DNA of 47,432 nucleotides, counting the filler, from Dirinaria sp. TL-2023a (taxonomy: Eukaryota), in NCBI GenBank assembly GCA_051941275.1. It is 2 parts of 2 records of this genome, joined end to end, with 100 filler letters (N's around TTAATTAATTAA, not from the genome) between each part and the next. Parts side by side here need not be neighbours in the genome. Positions count along the whole stretch, not along the records: positions 1 to 23,669 come from JAVEBF010000199.1; positions 23,770 to 47,432 come from JAVEBF010000200.1. One strand, written 5' to 3'. Below the pieces are notes generated by a model. That model was not told where the DNA came from. It did no database searches and saw only the letters and a program-made list of their open reading frames with translations. The translations under genes and the position numbers were made by a program. This document shows positions 12,224 through 26,553 of this stretch, piece after piece; position 1 is the first letter of the stretch; each line of letters starts with the position of its first letter.

Positions 12224-12662
12224 GAGCTATTTGATTGCATGTTTGAGTGCCATGATAATTGTGCCAGCCATTTTCACCACAGAAGTTCCTCAGGTAAGGT
12301 ATCCCTCGTACTTAAGGTATGCAAGATCGCCCGGAGGGCCGCAGCTGGCTTGGCGCAGGACTAAATAAAAGGGGTCGAGGGTGGCCCACATGTGTAGTAA
12401 GAACCTGCATACAAAGTACTGTACAAGTGTCCATACTGTACCTCACTACCTATCGGAACCTACAAGTACAGTAGAGGTACTCCGGTCATTTACAAATGCC
12501 AATGTACTTGAGATACCCGCCAGAGTTTTGGAGTCCCGTACGACAGTTCAAGTGTCTGCGATTCTGCATTTCAAGCCTGTCTATGTCATTCGTATTCTAC
12601 TTGTCGAATATCGGTCGCATCAATTTCCCCCTATCTGTTTCTAACCATGTTTGATCGCACAT

Positions 12663-14428
<1,766 letters not shown>

Positions 14429-14852
14429 ATTGGCTGTGGATGCTTGACGATGGATGAGAAGAGAGGTAAAAGGGCTCGACTGTGCGTTGTGTTCAACAGA
14501 AAAAATGAGCCCACAGATACTTATGGAACTTTTAAATCGAAAGAGGCGTCCCAGCAAATATTAAAAGTGTGCTCAATTGAGACGCCCAATGCCGGGATTG
14601 CCCCACCTAAAAGTCAATTTTGTCCCGAAAGACACAACCCTGAGAATCCGAGGGACCCCGCCATGCTCTGTTCGGGCCGTAGTCCCGCCTGATGATTAAG
14701 GTATTCGGGCAGGACGACGACTCGACATTGCATCTACCTTAAGTACCTTAAGATCTTACTACTTGGTTGGTCAACCTTACTTTACCCCAAATGGTAAAGA
14801 AATGAGGAACACTTCTTAGGTATTAGAGGCGCTTTGCCATCTTCGAGCCAGC

Positions 14853-14877
14853 TTGAAAGTTTGAAAGTTTGAAAGTT
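14853..14877. repeat. Short tandem repeat (TTGAAAGT)x3
   Basis: Read directly: ttgaaagt ttgaaagt ttgaaagt t, between the YPK1 3' end and the PGI1 promoter. Confidence 0.8.
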
Positions 14878-15071
14878 CGCATACGCAAGCTAATAAGTAG
14901 CTACGCTCAGGAGGTGGATCATGGTCATGATTGAATCTAAGGCTGCAAGCTCTTCGCTCTTCGCTCTATCAAGTGCTGACACCACTCGGTCAGCTCTCGG
15001 TAAAAGGCAGAGCAACCGCTTTTGAGAATCGAACGCTGGCATCATCGTTGCTCATCCATCCCCAAGGTTGC

Positions 15072-17188
15072 TCAGGCCACGCTCCCAAACGACGGATCTT
15101 TGACGCTTCCGCCGGCATCTCCCAGGCCAGCCACTGGACGATTGTAGGACCAGCCGGAAAATTGCTGTTGCATAGTCTGCGATAGCATCGGTCCGTCCAC
15201 ATACGAGTCCTGTGGTGCCTCCTGTGTGAACTCCCGGTCGAAATTGGCCGTGTCCAATGCGTCAACCTGATCAATTAGCTTCACACTCGGCTCTACGGCA
15301 TTGAGGAAGACATACCACGTTCGGCTTAAATGTCGGATCATACTTCCTCTGCAACAACTTCCTCCAGTCGATGCTGGTGAAGAAGTTGTGGGCTTTGATC
15401 TCAGAGGCCCCTTTGGCACCAAGCCGGTGTTCAGGTCGACGATCGAGGAGCTGCGTCAACAGATCTCTGGCTGCTGGAGGCACGATCTCCGGGCCGGGGA
15501 AATGCAATGGCTCGGATAAGATCTTTCGATACATCTCATTTGTGTTCTCATCGTAGTAGGGAGGTAGTCCAGTCAACATCTCGTAAAGAAGGACACCTAG
15601 TGTCCACCAATCGACTGTCTTGTTGTAACCCTGGCCTAATAAGAGCTCTGGAGCTAGGTATTCGGGAGTTCCACAGAAAGCTGAGTCAAGATTAGCACAC
15701 TCAGGTGCATGGCAGGTGAGCGTCTTACTGTTCGTCCTGTCCTCATCCTTCATATCCAGCTTGCAGAGACCGAAGTCGCACAGCGCGATATGGCCCGTGT
15801 AATCAAGAAGGATATTCTCGGGTTTGAGATCTCGATATACCACATTGAATCCGTGAAGGCATTCCAAAGCGCACAACAATTCTGCAGTGTAGAATCTTGA
15901 GCGGTTGATGTCAAAGCGCTGTTCCCGCTGCAGATGGTGAAACAGCTCCCCTCCATTGACGAAGGCCAGTACAAGATAGAGCTTCTCGGGGGACTGGAAG
16001 GAAAACTTCAAAGGAACAATGAAAGGGTTGTTTATTTGCGCCAGGACAGATCTCTCAGCAAGCGTATGAGCAACCTCAGAACGAGAAATGATATGGGCTT
16101 TACGGATAGTTTTCAACGCGTATATGCGGTGAGTGTCTTGCTTCTTGACTTGCATGACCTTTCCAAAGCTGCCTTTGCCAACGACTTTCAGCAGCTCGAA
16201 GTCTTCGATTTTCAAGGTTCTTTGCCTATTCTCAACGAACGCGACACCTACCTTGACTGATCCGGTCCCAAAGCCGACATCAAGCCATTCGGATCCGCTC
16301 TGGCCAAGCTGCCGTTCTTGCTGTGCGAACGCCGCCGCGCCCCTCTCGCGGTCTTTCTTGCTGGCTCTCGGGTCTTCAACGTATGGCTTGGACTCCTCGA
16401 ATCTTGGATTGACTCGACACACGCCCAGGAATATATCTTCACTTCTGCCAGCTCCCGGTCGTGCATTCGGGTTCCGCAGGTACAGTTGAACATTTAGTTC
16501 CGTAGTCCTAGAAACATCAAACTTGTACTGAGTGTTGTCGCCTGCCCAGTACGGATTTTCTGGGCTGCCAGAAACGGCGTCGACGAAAACCTGGACCTTG
16601 TCGAAATCGAGTAGAGCGTAGGGCAAATGCCGTGACGAGTAACGACCATGTATTGTAGGAGCTGCATTGATACCTGTGCTTTGAGGACGGCCGTTGGCGT
16701 ATGATCCAGCCATACCGCCAGGCGTCCGTGCCATTGAAGCATCACCACGCATTGATCCAGCAACACCGAAGCCACTGCCACCGGACATAGAGCCCACCAT
16801 TGACGAGCCATAATTCTGTTGAAAGTGCGGAGGTAGCGAAAATCCTTTGCCTTCGTGCAAAGTTACAATAAGAATACCCGGCTTTGTTGGTGCAAGTGGA
16901 GGAGCTTGCACCATAGCTTCAGATGCAGCTGCGGGATGTTAGCTTAACATGCATGTCTTAGGGGTTTGAAAATCTTGCCAATCCCGTTGCTGCCACTGCT
17001 GCTGATGCTCATTTTCTCGTCCGTTGGCGTCGCCTCCTCGGCCTTGAGGGTGGATGTTGAGGTTGAGCGACCACCCAGAGAGTTCTTGACCCCTAGGTGG
17101 GTCTCCTTCAATTCTGGTCAAAGTTCAGCCCCGCCACTATTTGTGTGATGGGCATGCGCGACTTACTTTTGGTCAGATTCCAGGACAT
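15072..17188 (-). CDS. YPK1: AGC-family Ser/Thr kinase Ypk1/Gad8 (5 exons)
   Basis: MSWNLTKK|LKETHL start, a C2-like N-terminal region (PGILIVTLHEGKG), VGKGSFGKVMQV, YRDLKPENILLD, DFGLCK, N|TFCGTPEYLAPE and the hydrophobic motif QQFSGWSY. Confidence 0.96.
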
Positions 17189-18167
17189 ATTGACAAGTAC
17201 CGCCGACTAGCGAGGGTTGTAAGTAAAATGAGATTCTAAAGATGGCGGATGTTAAGCAAGAAAGAAAGAGTTGGCCTGGGGCTCGGGGAGGAAAACCGGT
17301 TCCACAGCCCCCAAGCAACAGTGATCGGAGACAATGGTCCCTGAAACAGCTGAGTGGGCTGGCCGCTTAGTGACGTAGAAGAGGAAGGGAGAAGAGAAGT
17401 GAGTCGTTTCACTTTGTCATGTAGAGCCAGCTTGAAGTAATATGTACTTCTAAAGTGCAGGTCGATGACATGGATCGGCTTGCTGCATTTGCCTTAGGTA
17501 CCTAAGGTAGGTAGCCTCAAGATACTTTACATACAGGTGAAAAGTATCTTACATACCTTAGGTAAGCTTGGAGATACATTACGAACAATTACCGTACTTT
17601 AGATATCTTACCTAAGAAATACGGAGAGAGCTCCGTACCTTAAGTTCTGGCTAGCACAGTCAATGCCGCTAAAGTGGTTAATTGGAAGTTGCCTGTGAAA
17701 ACCATCCAGAACTATCATCCAGACATTCCAACTTGCTGCCTGAGGTGCAGCGGTACTCGCTAAAGTGTACATAAGGTATGTGACTGTCGCGAGACGACTA
17801 AGTCTTGGCGAGATCGTCGTTCTCATTCTAGCTACTGCGCATTACGTAATCCCACATCCGGGAAACTCAGTGGGGTTGGTTGAGCATGGTGGCATATGAT
17901 TCGCTGGAATGACCTGACTCAATCCTGGCTCAATTAGGGTAAGTTCATGTACCATGCAAGTCCTCGGTACCTACTTCACATATTTATTCATGGCGTGATG
18001 CTGGGCTCTCGAAGTAATTGTGAATTGTCGAAAACCATGCCAGTCCTTGTTCGTCGAAACAGATCTCTCATACGAATTCTTGATTAAAGTATCGTGAAGT
18101 AGTAGCAGAAAACGCTCAAACTGCTACTGTCTCGAACCTCGGAACGGAACTAGGCAGGTTTGAAATT

Positions 18168-19866
18168 ATGGGTGTCATCAGGAAGAAAACTATATCACGG
18201 GGCACTGAAGGGGGATTGAAATACATATGTGATGTATGCTCAGCGGACATAACTTCCACAGTACGTGAGATCAAAAGCCCCCCGCACAGGAAAAGTCGGG
18301 CTTTGACACAACATCATAGGTAAGAATTCATTGCGCCGATGATGGTTGCAAGGACTACGATCTCTGTGTCCCTTGCTTTGCAGAAGGTTCAACATCCCGC
18401 GATCATGAACCCAAGACCCACGCTTTCTCGGTCATTGAGCAACACTCTATCCCCATCTATACCAAAGACTGGGGCGCAGACGAAGAGCTTCTCCTCCTCG
18501 AAGGGGCAGAAGTCTATGGCCTGGGATCCTGGGCCGATATAGCAGACCATATTGGCGGCTATCGTCTTAAAGATGAAGTCCGCGATCATTACATAAAGAC
18601 TTATGTTGATAGCTCGAGATTTCCTCTCCCCGAGCGGGCAGATCCGCAAGATCTTCAACTCCTCGAGGAGAACCCGCGCGAGAAGTTCCAAGCCCGTAAG
18701 AAACGGAGGATAGAAGAGAGGAAAGACGCAGCCAAAGTAGCACCTCCAATAACCTCGAAACATAAGCCGACCGCTAGTGTTCCTTCTTGCCACGAAGTGC
18801 AAGGCTACATGCCGGGGCGCCTGGAGTTTGAGACTGAGTTTGCCAATGAAGCAGAAGAAGCTGTCCAATCCATGGTGTTCGAGCCTGGAGATGGTCGGAA
18901 TCCACGGACAGGCGAGGATGAGCCCGAAATGGAGCTGAAGCTCATGGTGATGGATATCTACAATTCACGCCTCACAGCTCGTGCAGACAGGAAGAAGATC
19001 ATCTTCGAACACATGTTGCTGGAATACCGCAAAAATGCCGCCATTGACAAGAAGCGCACGAAAGAAGAACGCGAGTTAAATAACAAGACCAAGCCATTTG
19101 CAAGAATGATGAACCATCACGACTATGATGAGTTGACGAAATCACTTGAATACGAGCATAATCTTCGACAGGCGATAAGCCAGCTTCAGGATTGGCGACA
19201 CATGCGCATTGGTGATCTCAAGACAGGTGAGAAGTATGAGTCTGAGAAGCAAACGCGTGCCGCGCGCCCCGCACCCACAGGCTCATTCGATCGTTTCGCT
19301 GGTGTTCGGCCTGCAAAGCCCACTCCGCCGGTCGAGATTCCGTCAGCGACAACCGCATTAACAGCACCTGAGCTGCCCGAGAGACTGAAACCTTCACCGC
19401 CCGCAGTCAACGGTGCCACACTAGTCACTCATGGCTCTACCACCAAGGGACCCCTGACAAACGGGACGTCCAACACCTCGCAACCACCAGCTTCACTCAA
19501 TAATGGAGCAACCAACGAGAAGAAGACCCGCTACACGGTGCCCGCTGTTCCTGGTACGCAACCTATGAAGCTCACGACCGAGAACACGACGGATCTGCAT
19601 CTATTGAGCAAAGAAGAAGCAGAGCTATGCAGCACGCTCCGATTAACGCCGAAGGCTTACTTAGCCATCAAACAGGGGATAATCGCAGAGGCGCTCAAGG
19701 CGGGAGGAGGGCTGAAGAGGAAGGGTGTCAGGGAAATATGCAAGGTTCGTGGGCCATCGAAAGGTCGTAAGCGAGCCTTTGTGCTGATCTGGCGTAGATT
19801 GATGCAACGAAGAGTACGAGGATCTTTGACTTTTTCGTACATTCGGGATGGATACAGAAGGCTTGA
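18168..19866 (+). CDS. ADA2: SAGA/ADA transcriptional adaptor Ada2 (3 exons)
   Basis: MGVIRKK start, ZZ finger ([13 protein letters not shown]...[10 protein letters not shown]), SANT domain ([29 protein letters not shown]), [18 protein letters not shown] and a C-terminal SWIRM ending [23 protein letters not shown]. Confidence 0.96.
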
Positions 19867-20387
19867 AAGCCTTGTGCTAGTCTCGACAAATCTACTACTT
19901 AATCTCTTTTCCTGCGCGTGTATCATATTGGGTCTAGGGTTTGGATATTGGGTACGGCCTTCTGATTTTGGACGCAAGGTGTATGTATAGTTTCATATTG
20001 GGTATACGCACGGATGGGCGGTCATCCCAGGGTGGAGCAGTTGGCATGGCCGCCTGGGATCGGTAGAGCAAGTCTGGGGAAGGTAAGGTGGATGCGGTTT
20101 TCCGCACAGTGACTGGGGACAGCAGTTCCTATACTGCGTCAAAATAAGAGAAATGCATAACATAACGCAAATCTTACTAGATTTACAGCACACCGTTCCA
20201 GGAGAATACATGATAATCCGCTTTCCGCGGCGTTATGCCGTGTTACTCTCGAACGCCCTGCTTCCAAACCCGATGCCATGGTCCCATTAGTACCGACAAA
20301 GCATGCGCATTTTACTAATATAAGCTCCCCCACGGTCAAAACGCATTCGCCTCGCCTCGCCTAGCCCTGTCCCAAAATATTCAAATC

Positions 20388-22964
20388 TCATTGCAGTGTC
20401 ATGCCAGGGAACGTTTTCCGGTTTTCGATGTTGACCGTATATTCCAGAATGCCGTCTTCGGTCGCCACGTACCTAGATAGCTCAAATGAGCGCTCGTTAT
20501 TTAGATTCGAAGCAACACTTACAGATGACGGCCATCCCGACTCCACCCGACTCCCATCGTTCCTACGCCTCCATCTATTTCCCTTCTCGATCTCCATGCC
20601 GGCCTAACTAAGTCTGCCGTGGCCTCTATGCGTGCCATTGCTTCGTCGTCCAGTACGCCGTCCCTCATCAGTGCTCGAACGGAGTCCAAGGTCTGGGGGG
20701 AGAGGTAGTCGTAGCGGCTTGCCGTTAAACGCCCTTGGGGATTCGAAGCTCGCAACAAGCGGTCATAACGACTTGAAGCCTCGGGCGGCCTCTGTTGGAA
20801 AGCTTGACGCTCAAATCCAGGCGTACGAGCCTCTTCCTGCTCCCGGGGCGGAGGGAAGGTCTCACTTGGCGCGGTGCCAGTTGCTGCCATGGCATCGGAG
20901 ATGGTTCGCCACGGATTGCCATTAGTGGAGGTAGACGTTGGGGGTGTGAGAGTCGAGTTCGTATTCCTGTTGTTATTGATGGTAGTCGAAGCGAGCCTTG
21001 ATGGAGATGTCGAGAGTGTCGGCGCCGCCTGTCCGATAGGTGTTAAACTTGAAGAATGAGGTGAAGATGGCTGGTTATTGGCATTGGTATTCGCAATCAC
21101 GACGGAGCTGCGCCGACGAGGCTGATATGAACGGCTGCTTGTACGAGGCCGTTCCAGATTATGCTCGAGACTGCGCTGACGAATATATTCACGGATACTC
21201 TCCATTTGACGGTAGTTTTGCGGCAATGCTGGAGGAGTTGTAGATGCAGTGGTATTCGTGCTATTAAGTTCATGTTGTCTGCTATTCGAACCTGTACCAA
21301 CAGTACGTAAGCATTCTATACTGTACGGCGTGAGATGAGAGCTGCTTTTACCTGACTGCTCGTTCTGTTCCAAGCGACTAATTCCAATTGCTTCAAGAGT
21401 TTGGCGTTCTCGTTCGCTAAGCTCGCCAAAATGCTCACTCAATGAACCAGTCCCGTCGTTCAGATGCCGGCGACGCTGTGCGGTACGCTGTGCGGCGAGC
21501 TCCAGGTAGTCAGCAGTACGGTTTATTGCTGCAGGATAGTTGTGTGCATCTAACGCTTCTCGCTGTTGTTGCAGGAACCGTGCTTCAATTTGCATTTGCC
21601 GCTCCTCTGCGGTATTCTCAGGGTCCTCCATGTCGGACATGCTGGCTCGATTGAGGCTTGGAGAATCAGGATCAAGGTCGATCGTCTGGCGTGATCTAAA
21701 TGCAGCCCTTAAATCCGTGACACAGACCCGGCCTTGATCTTCGGCCCAAGCTAGGAGATCCCATGGCGCTGGCGCAAAACTCATCGACCGAACTGCGCCA
21801 CAAAAGTCGTGATTTGATACTGGCCTCGACGATTTGAGGACATCAATCACGGCGTCGTCAGCATCCATGTCTTCCTGAATCCCCAGAGAATCAAAGATTG
21901 TAATGGTGCCAGCCTGAGAAGCCACGGCGCAGACGTGGCCTGAAGGGGACCACGCTGTAGTGAAGCAAGAGTCATTCGAGTCTGCAAGGCTTAACCTTGG
22001 TTCCGCGATCTCTAACCATTCGTAATTCGCGAATGAGACCTGGCCTTCTATTCCAAAACTTGGCAGTCGATGTCTTCTGCAAAAGAAAGCACGAGGCTCG
22101 TCTCCCACGGCTAATAAGAGCTCTTGATTGGGAGAGAGTGTTGCATGGTTCATTGCAGTCGGGAATTGAAGAGTTGCTAGAACCCGGGATTGCGTTAAGG
22201 AGAAGATACGAACGGTCTGATCATTGTTCCTACAAAGCGTCAGTATTGCCCTAAGACATCCAAGTGACCTATTACGTCAAGATAGCCACAACCTCATCAC
22301 GTAGCCCAGGCTCGTCACTGCACAACTGATGGATGGTGACAGAGTTGACTATGGATCCTCCAAGTTCATGATAGTGGACCTCTGCTTTCCTTCGGCCAGC
22401 ATGTGCCGGCCTCCGGTGCCCAATGTAGGATTGATGGTCAAGCATGCGTGAATCCGGATCAAGATCCAAAGGCAACAAGGCATCGACTTCTGCGGGGGAT
22501 TGGGCTGCCAGAGCGGAGCTGCTTATCGCATCTTCGCCTAGGCAGATAAAGGCACATAACCCCTTATCCATTCCACCCAAGCAGACCCAGCCATGGGCAG
22601 CATCTAGACATTGCGGAATCCATTGCAGTGTTGCAATAAGTTCTCTTTTCCGGGTGGTCTTACGGAGGGCGAAAACCTTGCTGCTGGAGGCGTAGTAGAT
22701 GATCTCGGGGTCGGATGTGCTGATAAAGTTCTTGAGCTGATGGTGCCTGTTACTAATTAGTCTTTCGCAGCTGCATGGAGAGATGCTTAACGCCTCACTG
22801 TTTAGGTATCCTTGTGGGGAAGAAGGTGCGTTGAAGAGGGAGAATGAGTGACTCTGTCTCATAGGAGCTGTGCGAAGCATAGAAATCATGATCAGCATGG
22901 TGGGGACTGTCAAGAAAGAGTAGATCTCCTAGGGAGAAACTCACGGCGTAAAGCCCACGGTCAT
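20388..22964 (-). CDS. DUF2415-type WD40-like repeat protein (multi-exon)
   Basis: HHQLKNFIS, ELGGSIVNSVT, MNHATLSPNQELLLAVGD, CFTTAWSPSGHVCAVASQ.G.ITIFD, GAVRSMSFAPAPWDLLAWAEDQGRVCVTDLR, and a terminal GVGWSRDGRHL|YVATEDGILEY. The first exon (MTVGFTP|gtgagt) is inferred. Confidence 0.78.
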
Positions 22965-23235
22965 GTTGAAAAGTTGAGGATGATGATGAAGATGATCATG
23001 AAATTGGTGGGGTGCCGAAAAGCAGGTTCCACGAGATAAAGACGTCTTTACAGTATTGTATTGGCCGTATGTTTGAAAAAACTGAGGATACTTGCATACC
23101 TTAAGAACAATGACGTAATTGGATATTTTCACTACCTTAAGGTATGTAAGCCTTCGATCAACACCATAATCTCACAAGTGAGATATCGGTAGGCAAATAC
23201 ACTGATCTTACCTTACGGGAAGAAGCGGGGTCTGT

Positions 23236-23495
23236 TAGACTGTCTGTAGTCAGTCTGTAGATCGTCATAAAAATTTTGGACTGTCTCTCTATGAAGGTAT
23301 CTGTAGTCGGTTCAAAAGTTTTAAACGTTTTGCGAGTACACGTCTTTAAATTTTTAAAACATGTTTGCTTTGAATATCTTAAAATGAGAATATACTTGTT
23401 TTTTAAACATGCTTGATTTAAACATCTTGAAACAAGGATGTGTTTAAATTTAAAACAGTCTATAGATTGTCCGCAGACTGTCTACAGACTGTCTA
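23236..23495. mobile_element. AT-rich foldback/MITE-like relic with imperfect terminal inverted repeats built from 11-nt subrepeats
   Basis: The left arm tagactgtctgtagtcagtctgtaga (23236-23261) matches the reverse complement of tccgcagactgtctacagactgtcta (23470-23495) at 22 of 26 positions. The interior is AT-rich with repeated tttaaacat units and no ORF. Confidence 0.5.
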
Positions 23496-23669
23496 CAATC
23501 TAGAATGTCTATAAAAACTTTGACTTTTGAAAAAAAAAAAGAGACTTGGATCTTTTTTCGAAGCACGATTTTGCTAGGTACCTTAATCAATCTTCTGTCG
23601 CGTTATCTATAATATATTACAAAGTTTTTTAAATAAATTTCTATTACGGGAATCGAACTATCTTATATT

Positions 23670-23769
23670 NNNNNNNNNNNNNNNNNNNNNNNNNNNNNNN
23701 NNNNNNNNNNNNNTTAATTAATTAANNNNNNNNNNNNNNNNNNNNNNNNNNNNNNNNNNNNNNNNNNNN
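23670..23769. other. Artificial contig-joining spacer N44-TTAATTAATTAA-N44
   Basis: Exactly 100 nt and symmetric. The central 12-mer is self-complementary and places a stop in all six frames, a standard concatenation linker. A gene is truncated immediately to its right. Confidence 0.93.
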
Positions 23770-24046
23770 ATAATATACAGCAGCATAGTGTTGTTCTGGT
23801 TAGGGGCGGTAGGAGCCAGGATTGTCCTGGTGTCAGGTATCATCTTGTTAGAGGGGCGTTGGATCTGGTGAGTTCTTTTTTCTTCTCCTGTCCTTTCTGT
23901 TCTTTTGACAGCGGAGCCTTTTTTATTTTCCTTTCGCTGGGAAAAAGGGATTGTACGGCAGGTACTGACGGAGGCAGGGCGGTGTACCGAATCGGTTAAC
24001 TTCAAGATCGAAATATGGGACGAAGAAGATGAAGTCTACTTCGTGA
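23770..24046 (+). CDS. MRPS12: Mitochondrial ribosomal protein uS12m, 3' part only (5' end cut by contig edge)
   Basis: (H)[32 protein letters not shown], intron 23868-23977 (gtgagt...ctgac...cag), then [22 protein letters not shown]. This is the diagnostic S12 C-terminus; it is absent from the ORF track. Confidence 0.93.
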
Positions 24047-24289
24047 TCATTTCATGGCATGATTTGGCAAAACATAGCTTGGAGTTTTGTGGCATGCATG
24101 AGTGATGCATTTTTGAAAGATTGTTGCATCGTATTACTTTTACTCCATACCCGGCACCCGGAAGCATTAACCCCCAATATTTTAGACCGATGCAACGCCA
24201 GCCTCTTCCTATTTTGTGCTCGCAATTGGGCGGCAATCATATGAGAATACATTGGTGTGCAGTAAGCCTCCGTGAAAACCTTGACTCCT

Positions 24290-25772
24290 TTATTTCTGGT
24301 CTTCCCAACCCTGTGGCTTCTCCATTCCCATAGTCTCGAACCAGCGCGAGGTGCCTACAGTCGCATTCAGTTCCAGAAATCTAAAGAAATATACTAGGAA
24401 GGGAGTCGACTCACAAGAATAGCCTTTCCAATCAAAGTTGTCTTTTGGATTACAATGGCACTTGAGATCCAGCCGTAATTGATCTCCAGTCGGACAATGG
24501 GTGAACGGAACATGCCAGTAAGCGATGTCGTTGAAGAAGTGGATTTCTTCCTTTTTCAAAGTCAAGGCAGCGCCAATGGAATGTACTGGCGCATCGCCCC
24601 ATCGCTCGTAGAAGAATCCCCCATCACGATCTAATTGTTCGAAGAAATCCATATAGGCCGGAGAACGCAACCAATTTAGATTACCGATTTCGAAGTTGGA
24701 CCACTGGAAACTGTTAGACCAAAGCACAATCATGAAGAGAAGGGGCCTAAGAGAAGGGGCTTTACGAAGTGGCAATGGTTATAAGTCTCCCCGTCATCGT
24801 CGCTGATCCAATCAATCGCATTGCCCTTGACAACATGCTCCGGATGTTTCTTGATGAAGCTCTTGGCGCTATCCCACAGAGTCGGAATCGTCTCCACATA
24901 TTCGTAAAGGCTGAGCACGAAGCTATACTTCTTGCCATGATCGGCCATGTACTTGAAAGGGTCGTAACCGACGTCGCAGTACAGCTCGATACTTGGCTCA
25001 ACTCGCCAATACCATTCGTAGTTCATCATGATGGGTTGGCGGAAGAAGAAGCCTGACTCGAATCTGCACATATGCCTGTAACTCTGAGAGTCCCCGTAAA
25101 TAATCTTCCGCTCTGCCATGTCTTCTCTGACCTTGCGAGCCTTCTCCTGATCAATAAAATCCGGATATGACCAATGCTCTTGCGGTATCTGTTCATAGTG
25201 CGTCTTCCCAGATATCAAAGACGTCGTGACTTTCATAAATGTCGAATCGAAAGGCTTGTCATTCAAGAACACCCAATCATAGTGATAGTTCCTGTTAAAT
25301 CGGTCCTCCACTTGACGAATAGACTTGACAATGTCCCACAAGTCAGAATTCCGCGCTAGAGTGACGAAGGTAGCGTTCATTTTGCCCCCCGCTGGGATAG
25401 GTGCAGGAAGTCCCGTGGAAGGCTTCGGTGTCGTTGGAGCATGTTCTGCTCCAGGCTTTGCGGCCGATGGCCGAGGGATTACTTGTGCTGGCGCAGTAGC
25501 TGCGCCTTTCGTCTTGTGCGTCTCCTTCTCTCCATCAAATTCTCCTTCCGCTGGACCTTCTGTTGAGCCCTTCCAAGAGAAGTCTCCTTTGGTTGTTGGT
25601 ATTTTAGGCCGGGGAATTGATGATGACGAAACGAAGTACAATATCATAACACCCTAGAGCCGTCAGCGATGGTGGGCGAATTGGCCCGCGACAGGGTAAT
25701 AGCGAAAGCGCAAAGACCCACAAAGAAAGCAAAGAGAATGTAGCGAACGATCCTCGAAGTCCCAGCAGCCAT
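24290..25772 (-). CDS. KRE2: Alpha-1,2-mannosyltransferase, GT15 (Kre2/Mnt1 family; 4 exons)
   Basis: Type II N-terminal anchor ([18 protein letters not shown]), [81 protein letters not shown]. Confidence 0.94.
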
Positions 25773-26553
25773 CTTTGTCGGGTCCTCGCCTTTCGGCGGG
25801 CCACGACTACTTTCTCGTTTGCCTATCTTGTACTTATAGACGATACGATGGACCGTCTATGATGGAAAGAAAAAAAAAGAAATTATGGAGAGATCCAGTC
25901 GTCCGAGAAAAAAAAAGGGTGTGCTCCGTTATCCGTGGTGCAGTGCGGACCCTCTCCCAACAATCGCCGGTGAATTCAACACTCGTGTAGCGAAGGTTGT
26001 ACTACATTTCAAAGTTTTCGAAGTAAAGAATGAAGGTTACTGATCAAAGTGTCGAAAGGATAATCAAAATTGGAAGTCCCTTGCTTTTGAAGAATGTCTG
26101 ATAGACAGCCCAGGGGCTCCTCGGACGTGCTCGGCCAGTCGGCGTAATAAAAAGCATCGCCATTACATTTCTCCGTCCCGGCGTACGTACTCTTCCTACC
26201 TCAGTAGAGCCACTTCAATATGCTTGGCAATACTTTATCCATCCTTCCATTCATTTCACCATCACTATCTCCGAAGGCACTCTCTTCTTTCACATATGAT
26301 GATACATTCACACGTTTACACTCCAACTTCGTCATACTCGAATGTAATGAGACGACGTAGCCTTTCTCTTCTTCATTTTGACTATCCCTCACAGCTTTCC
26401 CCTTACCGAAACCAGTCTGCGATACCTGTTTCTTGATAGTTTGTTCGGAGCGCTGCATGTGCGCCTCAACGTCCTTGTTCCTTTGCCGTTCATATTATTC
26501 CCCACTTGCGTTCTTGCATCCAATTTCCTTTAAAGGCTCAATTCCGCTACAAA

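Noticed and set aside
23643..23669. B-box-like GTTCGATTCCC on the minus strand at the contig end
   Set aside because: It is truncated by the gap, with no T-stem pairing or A box visible, which is too little to call a tRNA.
23718..24005. 95-aa minus-strand ORF running into Ns
   Set aside because: It is antisense to MRPS12 and closed only by the artificial linker's stop.
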